Below are positions 51,591 to 64,000 of a DNA stretch of 64,000 bases, in pieces. The stretch lies in the NCBI RefSeq assembly GCF_009914755.1, contig NC_060928.1; one strand, given 5' to 3'. The position numbers and the translations under genes are program-made. Under the pieces are notes generated by a model that was not told where the DNA came from, made no database searches, and worked only from the letters and a program-made list of their open reading frames with translations. How positions within the stretch are numbered: the first letter of the stretch is position 1; each line of letters begins with the position of its first letter. This DNA is from the human T2T-CHM13v2.0 reference genome, Homo sapiens.

Positions 51591-52451
51591 GCGGGATCAG
51601 GGTGCCGGGAGGGATTTTATATTACTCCCCAAAGCCAAGGAAGCAAAATAAAAGTGATGCCAAATTACTGTTTCTGCCAGAGAGTTTAAAATCTTTCTAG
51701 GGAAAAGTCCACTTGTTTAGACAAAAGAACACCAGTCCCTTGGCCATGACACAGGTAAGCAGTCTTAAGAGATGTGGCCCTGTGCCTCAGACTAGGCACA
51801 CCAAGCCTACAGATATGTCAAATATGGAGGCGATTCCCTCCAAAAACAAACATCAGTCTAGCCATTTGGCAAATGAACAGGTAAGCACCCTGTTGGCAGA
51901 CAGATAAAAACTGAAGCAGAAAGCTTAGAAGTTTCTGTAGCTTCTCTCACAATCAAAGACACAGAAAGTTGTTTATATCAGTCAGCCCAATATGGACTAG
52001 AAAAACTGGTATCAAATATTCAACTGCAGCAGAACTTGTATCATATGAATGATAAATCTAACTACTGTAAATACATATACCAGTCAGTAGGTATCTACTT
52101 TAGAAGAATTGTCATCCTTTAAGTTTTATCATGTCATCATAGGTTTTAAGAACAAACTTAAAACTACTAGCAAGTTAAATCAAATTACTTCAGTTGGTAA
52201 ATAGGTGTCTAAAGATGACATAAGGAAATGTAAAGAAAGGCTGAGTCCATTGTCTTATTTTTCTTTGCACCTTTACTTCTGTTTATTTTGCTTCCAGGCT
52301 GTAGCAAGTCCTTTCTTAATGTCTTAGAAACTGAAGAATGGGTAAGAGCAGATATAGGGACATACATAAAATGTTGAGATATCTTCTAAAACACATGACT
52401 TAAATGACAAAGAATATTTTAAAAAATAGTTTGAAATCTGAAGCTATTTTC

Positions 52452-52754
52452 TTTTCTTTTTTTTTTTTTTTTTTGAGATAGAGTCTTACTCTGTTGCCCA
52501 GGCTGGAGTGCGTGGCGGCCTGATCTCGGCTCACTGTAACCTTCACCTCCCAGGTTCAAGGAATTCTCCTGCCTCAGCCTCTAGCTGGGATTATAGGTGT
52601 GCACCACCACACCTGGCTAATTTTTGTATTTTTAGTAGAGACGGCATTTCACCATGTTGGCCAGGCTCGTCTTGAACTCCTGAGCTCAGGTGATCTGCCC
52701 TTCTCAGCCTCCCAGAGTGCTGGGATTACAGACATGAGCCACCGTGCCTGGCCT
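52452..52754 (-). mobile_element. AluS (Sx-like)
   Basis: Reverse Alu with T-run; CTATTTTCT on both flanks. Confidence 0.92.
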
Positions 52755-52820
52755 GAGACTATTTTCTAAGACTTACGTCTAAATATTAATGTCAAACAAC
52801 TTTTTAAAACACCAGGCTTT

Positions 52821-52855
52821 TCCCAAGATTAGACTACAGAGAAAAATAAATAAAT
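52821..52855 (+). pseudogene. 35-bp L1-mediated micro-retrocopy, candidate 3' end of an H/ACA sno/scaRNA
   Basis: TSD AAAACACCAGGCTTT at 52806-52820 and 52856-52870 after TTTTT|AAAA; insert TCCCAAGATTAGACTACAGAG plus AAAAATAAATAAAT. Donor identity is inference. Confidence 0.65.
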
Positions 52856-53326
52856 AAAACACCAGGCTTTCATGAATTTACTTGAAAAAAATGTTCATTA
52901 TGCATGTTGGAACCAAAACATCTTTAATTTTTTAATCCCCTTTTCTTCATTCATACAAGCAAAATAATAATTTCCATCTTGCTGCTGGATAGAAAAATAT
53001 GCCCCCACACGAAGATGCTCAGCAAAGGAGGCTGATTATGTGGACAGCTTTGGTCTCTCTTGTCCATAATCTACAGCATTCATCCTCTATATTTACTGAG
53101 AACTACAACGTTCAGGAAAATGAGCTAAGGGCTTTGGTGCATATAGAGATGGTTCAGATATGGATCATTTTGCATGGGATGTCTAGGACAAGGAGCACAC
53201 AGGATTAGGAATTGGGTGGTTGAGTTCTAGTCCTGGCTCTCCCACCAACTAGGTGGCTCTTGGCAGATCACTTAACCCCTGGAGGCTTTGCTTCCCTCAC
53301 CTATAAAACAAGGGAGAAACTAGATC

Positions 53327-55628
<2,302 letters not shown>

Positions 55629-56145
55629 AAAATGCTCTTTAAATCCTAAGAAAAAAACAATAGTTTTATAAGTTCTCTGCTGTCCTTTTCTTCAAAATAT
55701 TTACCATGAGAGTCTGGTCAAGGACTCTATGGATGATTTCAATTGTTGATTATAACCAATTAAATCCAATTTTTTTCAACATTTATCAAAATATTCTAGC
55801 AGGTTAAGAACAAAGACTTTGACATCGTTTCGCAATAGGAAAAAAGTAGAAAGATCTCCCTCCACTTTTTAAAAAATATCTTTACTTAAATTCAAATGGG
55901 AAGAAGAAAATATCTTAGATTTTTAAGGCAGTTTCTCTGCTCTGACGCCACTGGGTAGGAACTGAGCCTCCCACTGCCTGCCCCAGTTGGCCCTGCCATA
56001 GGAGGCCCCGGGCAGTTTAAGCAAAAGTAAAAATAATTTCCTTTCTCAGGGAGAGGTAAAGTCTTCTTGATCAATTCTGTTTCCCCTAAATAATCTCCAG
56101 AGTTTTATCTAATTATCTAAGCTGTAAATAGGTCGTTTTCAGTTG

Positions 56146-56566
56146 CATGTTAGTCCATTCTTGGGTTGCTATAAAGGAATTTCTGAGGCTGGCTAATTTA
56201 TAAAGAAAAGAGGTTTAATTGGCTCACGGTTCTGCAGGCTGTACAAGCATGGTGCTGGCATCTGCTTGGCTTCTGGGGAGGCCTCAGGAAGCTTTCATCA
56301 TGGTGGAAGGCAAAGGGGGGAGCCAGCATGTCATATGGCGAAAGCGAAAGCAAGGGTAGGGGAGGTTCCAGGCTCTTTTAAACAACCAGATCTTTTGTGA
56401 ACTCAGAGCGAGAACTCACTCATCACTAAGGGGATGGCACTAAACCATTCCATTCATGAGGGATCTACCACCATGATCCAAATACCTCCCACCAGGCCCC
56501 ACCTCCAACACTGAGGGTTACATTTCACCATGAGATTTGGAGAGGACAAATATCCAACCTATATCA
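56146..56566 (-). mobile_element. MSTB-like MaLR solo LTR
   Basis: TTAGTCCATTCTTGGGTTGCTATAAAGGAA ... ATATCCAACCTATATCA; AGTTG on both flanks. Confidence 0.88.
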
Positions 56567-56639
56567 AGTTGTAAATAACTTTTATATAAACTGCTAAATA
56601 ATATGTCATTGTTATAGTCTGTATGTCTAACGGAATGCT

Positions 56640-57219
<580 letters not shown>

Positions 57220-57965
57220 TTTATCTGATTTTGTTAAAAAGAAAATGATTCCCAGATGCCTCTTGAGAGCCATCTTGGGTGAGGAAAGGGGAACATAAAA
57301 TACATAAAATCAAATTGAGTACTTTAGGCTTTGCTTATTAATACCTGTAATGCTCACCACAACCATGTGTTTTAGGTATTTTCTCCATTTGCACAAGTAA
57401 AGAAACAGGCTCCCTGAACTTAAATCACTTGTCTGGGTCACAGAGTATTGGAAGCATATTAAGCATGGGTCAGTTTGACCCTAAAGTCTATGCCCTGTCC
57501 ATAATCTGTGCTGTAAGCAGTAAAAGTTCAGCTAGGGTGTCATAGAATGGACTCCCCCAAATAGGAGTCCCAGTCTTCACTAAGTCCTCCCATGCCAGGG
57601 ACAGAGACCTAGGGTCTTATACAACACCCCATCTAGCCTAACTCTTTGTTGCTAAGTGGCATACAAAAGAACTATGAGATTGCTCTGAGGGAGAAGAAAT
57701 GAATTGAGAAAAAAAGTGAAACTGTATGAAACTATTAAAAATAACAAAGTATATTGTGGCGCAGTATGTTGGCATTGGAATAATAGCACAATATATTGGT
57801 AAGTGTTGAATTGCGTGGCATGGACAGTGAGTGCTGCTGTGTGAGTTTGGGAGGGAACCCTTCAGTGTGCACTAGAGTAGACTGGACAGTTCCATGGAGG
57901 GAGTAAGAATTGGGCTCTCAGCGAGCATAGCATTTGAAGGCAGAGTTAAGTTCAGGAGGCTAAAG

Positions 57966-57967
<2 letters not shown>

Positions 57968-58016
<49 letters not shown>
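57968..58016. repeat. (CA)~20(TA)4 microsatellite forming the tail of a minus-strand AluS (58017-58300)
   Basis: Read directly; TAAAGC flanks the microsatellite-plus-Alu unit on both sides. Confidence 0.95.
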
Positions 58017-58017
<1 letters not shown>

Positions 58018-58023
58018 TTTTGA

Positions 58024-58128
<105 letters not shown>

Positions 58129-58329
58129 TGAGTAGGGGGGATGCGCCACCACACCTGGCGAATTTTTTTTTTGTATTTTTAATAGAGACGGGGTATCTCC
58201 ATGTTGGTCAGGCTGGTCTCGAACTCCTGACTTCAGGTGATCCGCTGGCCTCAGCCTCCCAAAGTGCTAGGATTACAGGCGTGAGCCACCAAGCCCGGCC
58301 TAAAGCAATATATTATTGCGATGAGTATG

Positions 58330-58885
58330 AATATACTATTGTGATCTCTTGAATCAGATTCCCTAGGTTTAAATCTTTTTTTTTTTTCCCAAACAGTGTC
58401 TCACTCTGTTACCCAAGCTGGAGTGTAATGGTGTGATCACAGCTCACTGCAGCCTCAACTTCCCAAGCTCAAGTGATCCTCCTGCCTCAGTCTCCTAAGT
58501 AGCTTGGACTACAGGCCTGTGCCACCATGTCTGGCTGGGTTTTTTTATTTGCTTTATAGAGACAGGGTCTCCCTGTGTTTCCCTAGCTAATGTCAAAATC
58601 CTGGGCGCAAGTGATCCTCCCACCTCCACCTCCCAAAGGGCTGAGATTACAGGTGGGAGCTGCTGTGCCTCTCTTCCCTAGGTTTAAATCCTATTTCTGG
58701 CACTTAGCAAGCCATGTGACTTTTGGCAAAGCAATGAACCCTTTTGCATTTGTTTTGTCACCTGCAGAATGCAGATAATAGTACATTTTACACTGGGTTG
58801 CTATGAGAATTAAATAAGATAATGCATGTAAAGCCTTAGCATGGTGGTGTTTGCCCTATAGTAAATGCTCATTGAATGTCAGCTT
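58330..58885 (+). mobile_element. MIR interrupted by an AluJ (-, about 58376-58672)
   Basis: TSD TTCCCTAGGTTTAAATC; MIR text ATGAGAATTAAATAAGATAATGCATGTAAAGCCTTAGCA. Confidence 0.85.
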
Positions 58886-59392
58886 AAAAAGACAGGAGGG
58901 GTGTGTGTGTGTGTAAAAGTTCTTATTTGAAAGCAACAAAAATTTAGTTAGTTTAAGGGGAAAATTATTAGAAGGCTACAAGGGAGCTCATAGAATTGAC
59001 AGAAGGCAGGATAACCTAGATCAAGAAACCAAGGAGGAACCAAGGGCAGCTGGGTGGAAGAAACGGCAGCCACATCATGTGGTGACAAGCAGGGTCCCAT
59101 CTCCCATGGAGACCACACAATGGGGAAGTCCCTGAAGTAGGAGAGGATTAAGATATTGGGTAGCTCCTAGATTAGCAAATAGCTACTAAGGTAGATATTA
59201 TGTTTGGGGGAATAAGAGTAGATTCTAGGGTTTGATGGTGAGGGATAGGAGGAGGAAACCATGAGGGGGTGCAGGGTCTGGGGGTGCAGATGGAGCCCTG
59301 ACAGTGCCAAGGAGAGCAAGGAAACGGAAAAGTGGCTGTAGTGGAAGGCAACACTTCTAAGTCTTCCCACTGAGGCAGCTTAACCGCAGGTA

Positions 59393-59720
59393 GAGGAGAA
59401 GGAACTCATGCCCTTGAGGGACCCGAAGGAGCAGCCCAGAGGGACCTGAGGAGAAGGAACTCATGCCCTTGAGGGACCTGAAGGAGCAGCCCAGAGGGAC
59501 CTGAGGAGAGGGAACTCATGCCCTTTAGGGACCTGAAGGAGCAGCCCAGAGGGACCTGAGGAGAGGGAACTTATGCCTCTGAGGGACCCAACAGAGCAGC
59601 CCAGAGGGACCTGAGGAAAAGGAACTCATGCTTCTGAGGGACCTGAAGGAGCAGCCCAGAGGGACCTGAGAAGGAACTCATGCCTCTGAGGGACCGGAAG
59701 GAGCAGCCCAGAGGGACCTG
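59393..59720. repeat. Minisatellite, 55-bp unit x6
   Basis: Units start at 59393, 59448, 59503, 59558, 59613 and 59668 (last unit 52 bp). Approximate consensus GAGGAGAAGGAACTCATGCCCTTGAGGGACCTGAAGGAGCAGCCCAGAGGGACCT. Confidence 0.97.
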
Positions 59721-60197
59721 CCACAAATTCAAAATTTCTTTGAAATGCCCTATTTAGTCTTAAAAGTGCTTGTGAATTTGATACTCTTCTTCATAACAGA
59801 TGTTTGTTTTGATATACAATGTAATTGGAGTTACATATTAAATTCTTTAATATTTTCCCCTCAAGTCTTCAAGTATAACAGATGCTGCAGGAAAATATAC
59901 TTTATTCACGTGACTTCGCGTATCTCCACCCAAATTGGCCTTGTACTCTGCAGGGGCATATGCAAACTATCAAGCATCCATTCAACAAACATCGACTAAG
60001 CTCCTACTGTGAGCTAGAGGCTAGGTATACAGAAGCAAGTCCTAACCAATGTGGTGCCTTCCCTTACCGAACGATGGTCTATTCTGCACTCCAGTCTAAG
60101 AAGCATAAATCCTAGAAAACTGTGAGCAAATGTGATTGAAGAAATATGGTTGGGGCAGATCATAGAGTCAGTCTCAGCTCAAGAAATACTAGGTCTT

Positions 60198-60520
60198 GGC
60201 TGGGCACAGTGGCTCACACCTGTAATTCTAGCACTTTGTGGGGCCAAGGCAGGTAGATCACTTGAGGTTAGGAGTTTGAGACCAGCCTGGCCAACATGGT
60301 GAAACCCCATCTCTACTAAAAATATAAAAATTAGCCGGCTGTGTTGGTGGGCACCTGAATCACAGATACTACTCGGGAGGCTGAGGCAGGAGAATCGCTG
60401 AAATCGCTTGAACCTAGGAGGCGGAGGTTGTGGTGAACCAAGGTTGCGCCACTGCACTCCAGCCTGGGCAACAGAGCCAGACTCTGTCTCAAAAAAAAAA
60501 AAAAAAAAAAAAGAAGAGAA
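60198..60520 (+). mobile_element. AluS (Sz/Sx-like)
   Basis: TSD AAGAAATACTAGGTCTT; internal AATCGCT duplication. Confidence 0.93.
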
Positions 60521-60699
60521 AAGAAATACTAGGTCTTGAAAAAAGACTTTACACCAAGTATGAGAGGCAGATAGGAAAAGGAAAAAAATCAGACTCAGAA
60601 AGTGGGCAAAAAATACATAACACATATGATACTTGTGATGTGGCACCTAACAGACACAGGCATAAGGGACAGCACAAAGGAGGCAGGAATGAGTTCTGC

Positions 60700-63380
60700 A
60701 GGGGAGGATGTGCTTGCTGAAAGAAGGTTTTAAGAGATGACTAGGAGCTGATGAGGCAGACAAGGAGGGCAGGGCATTCTTGGCAGAGAAAGATGCAGTG
60801 TTGTGAAAGGGCATGGCGTGTTGGGATGTCTTAAGTGTAAGGAAGGAATGAAGAGAAGAATGGAGAGATGAGCAGGGGCTGGGTTGTGGAAGGCTTTGTC
60901 TGCCTGCCATGTGAGTGCTGGGACTTTCACCTAAAAGCAGTGGGGAGTCACTGAAAGGCTTTTTGACAGGGATGTCAAAGGATCAAATTTGTTTTCAAGA
61001 AATGTAAGTCAGGAAGCAGTGGGTGTGTCTAAACGAGGCAAAATCGGTGGCTGGAAGACAACTTCTGAGACTACTGAGATAGTCTAGCAAGAGATCATGG
61101 GAGCCTCAAGTGAGGAAACTACTGTAGGGACAGGAAGAGGGGAGAACCCAGTAGCAATGAGGAAGATGATGGTAATTATAACAATTTTTAAAAATCAGGT
61201 AAGATTAATAAAACCATTACTATTCTTGCTAGGCACTGTTCTAAGGACATTAAATGAATTATTTTCCTTTATTAATTCATTTAACAAATAGGTGGGTCAG
61301 GTGCAGTGGCTCATGCCTGTAATCCCAGCACTTTGGGAGGCCTAAGTGGGAGAACCACTTGAGCCCAGGAGTTTGAGACTAGCCTGGACAACATGGCGAA
61401 ACCCCATCTCTACACAAAATAGAAAAATTAGCTGGGTGTGGTGGCATGCACTTGTGGTCCCAGCTACTCAGAAGACTGAGTGAGATGGGAAGATCACTTG
61501 AGCTCAGGAGGTCGAGGCTGCAATGAGCTGAGATCGTGCCACTGCATTCCAGCCTGGGCGACAGAGTGGGACCCTGTCTCTAAAAGACAAAACAAAACAA
61601 ATAAACCAAAAACAAACAGGTGAATAAATCAAACACTGATCCAGGCAATAAGATACAGCAGCAAATAAAACTAACAAAAATCCTTACTATGATGGAGCTT
61701 ACATTCCACTGAGGAAACAGACCATAAGCAAGATAAATAAATAAAATTTAGTAGCATGTTAGATAATATTGAGTGCTAAGGAGAAAAAACAACACAGGAA
61801 AGGGGAAATAAAGTGCTGGGGAGGAGTGTAAAATTTTAAATAGCAGAGCCAGGCAAGACCTCAATAAAAGGCGACATTTGAATAAACCTGAAGGAAATGA
61901 GGGAACTAGCCACAAAAATATCTGGGCAAAGAGCAGTCCATGCAGAGGGAACAGCATGTGCAAAGGCCTAGAGGCATGAACACACCTGCTAAGTTCCAGT
62001 AACAGTGGGAAGGCCAGTTTGTCTAGACTTCAGTGAATGAGGGGAGAAGTTGGAGATTAGGTAAAGACATAGTGGAGTCCCAATCTTCTTGAACCTTGGG
62101 GGCCCTAATGAGGCTTTGGCTTTTACTCCAAGTGAGCTGGGAGCCACTGGAGCATTCTGAGCAGGATAGCAATATGATGGAACATACATGTTAACAAGAT
62201 CACTCTGGCAGATTTTTGAGGATAGATTGCAAGGGACAAGAGCAGAATCAGAGAAACCACTAGTGCTATATTCCTGGAGAAAAATGATGGTAGCTCAGAA
62301 CAAGATGGCTGCAGTGGAGCGGGTGACAAATAGACAAACAATCAATTTCTGATTATAACTTGAATATAGAGTCAATAAAACTTGAGGGATCTCTGATGGA
62401 TCAAAGAGAGAGAGAGAGGAAACAGGGATAAGTCTAAGGGATTAGGCTGAGCAGCTGGAAAAATGGAGTTGCCTTTAACTGAGGTAGGGAAGACTGGAGA
62501 GAGCAAGTTATGTGTGAGGGGAGGGAGATACCAGGAGTTCAGTTTAGGACCTGTCAGATTTTAGATGTCCAGATGCCAATTGGATACACTGGCCTGGACT
62601 TCAGGGGAGTGGTCTGTGTTAGAGATAACAATGTGAGAATGATCCGCAGATAGGTGATATTTAAAGCTATAAGACTAGATGAGATCAAATAGGGAGTGAG
62701 CATATAGACAAAAAGAAGGGATCTGAGGACTAGGCCCCTGGACATTCCAACGTTCAGAAGTTGAGGAGTTGAGGAATAAGAAACTATTATAGGAGATGAA
62801 AATGGGCTGGGCACAGTGGCTCACGCCTGTAATCCCAGTACTTTGGGAGGCTGAGGTGGGTGGATTGCTTGAGTCCAGGAGTTTGAGACAAGCCTGGGCA
62901 ACATGGCAAAACCCTGTCTCTACAAAAAAATACCAAAAAAGTTAGCCAGGTGTGGTGGTACATGCCTGTAGTCCCAGCTACTTAGGAGGCTGATGTGGGA
63001 GGATTGATTGAGCCTGGGAGATGGAGGCTGCAGTGAGCCGAGACTGCACCATTGTGCTACAGCCTGGATGACAGATCAAGACCCTGTGTCCAAACAAAAA
63101 AAAAAAAAGGTGGGGAGAGAGGGAGAGAAAATGGAACCATCAGAAAAGTTGGAGGAAAACTAGGCAAGTGTGCTATTCCGGAAGCCAAGTGAAAAAAGCG
63201 TTTCAAGGAGGACAGCATGATCAAACAACTGTGTAAAATGCTGCAACAGGTCAACTCAGATGAGGATTGGGAAAGAATCACAGGATTTAGCAATATGGAG
63301 GTCACTGGTACCCTGTTCAGAGCAGTTTCAGAGTGGAGATTCAAGAAATAATGGGAGAAAAGACATTGATGTCTGTGAAT
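60700..63380 (-). mobile_element. L2 (including a long L2a-like piece) with AluJ elements (+) at about 61295-61615 and 62805-63108
   Basis: CAGAGGGAACAGCATGTGCAAAGGCC, GGCTGAGCAGCTGGAAAAATGGAGTTGCC, GGATTTAGCAATATGGAGGTCACTGG. Confidence 0.85.
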
Positions 63381-63382
63381 CA

Positions 63383-64000
<618 letters not shown>

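Noticed and set aside
59393-59720. Recurring GAGGGACC core with intervening segments, superficially like a CRISPR array
   Set aside because: The 'spacers' are themselves repeated in strict alternation. It is a tandem minisatellite in primate DNA with no cas genes.

Overview
Human (primate) genomic DNA, dense in Alu, L1, L2, MIR, LTR and DNA-transposon remnants. The only protein-coding sequence I can support is one 64-nt exon on the minus strand (11081-11018) in a small CpG-rich promoter. It reads MQAPRAALVFALVIALVPVGR(G), which I recognise as the signal-peptide exon 1 of TMEM154; the ORF track missed it because it is short. Positions 1-11017 are therefore intron 1, and everything beyond about 11.3 kb is upstream/intergenic. 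The ORFs in the supplied track are nearly all repeat-derived or chance. I found no CRISPR array, operon or other new multi-gene system. Most worth following up: (1) an out-of-frame uORF overlapping the TMEM154 start codon; (2) a 35-bp TSD-flanked micro-retrocopy ending in an H/ACA-type ACA-NNN plus A-tail; (3) a CpG-gaining Alu followed by strong splice sites, suggesting a plus-strand lncRNA; (4) several templated-insertion/hairpin repair scars; (5) a human-specific AluYa5; (6) an intact MER11 solo LTR co-oriented with TMEM154; (7) a 55-bp minisatellite. Repeat subfamily names come from recalled consensus sequences, not a RepeatMasker run, and the boundaries of old repeats are approximate.
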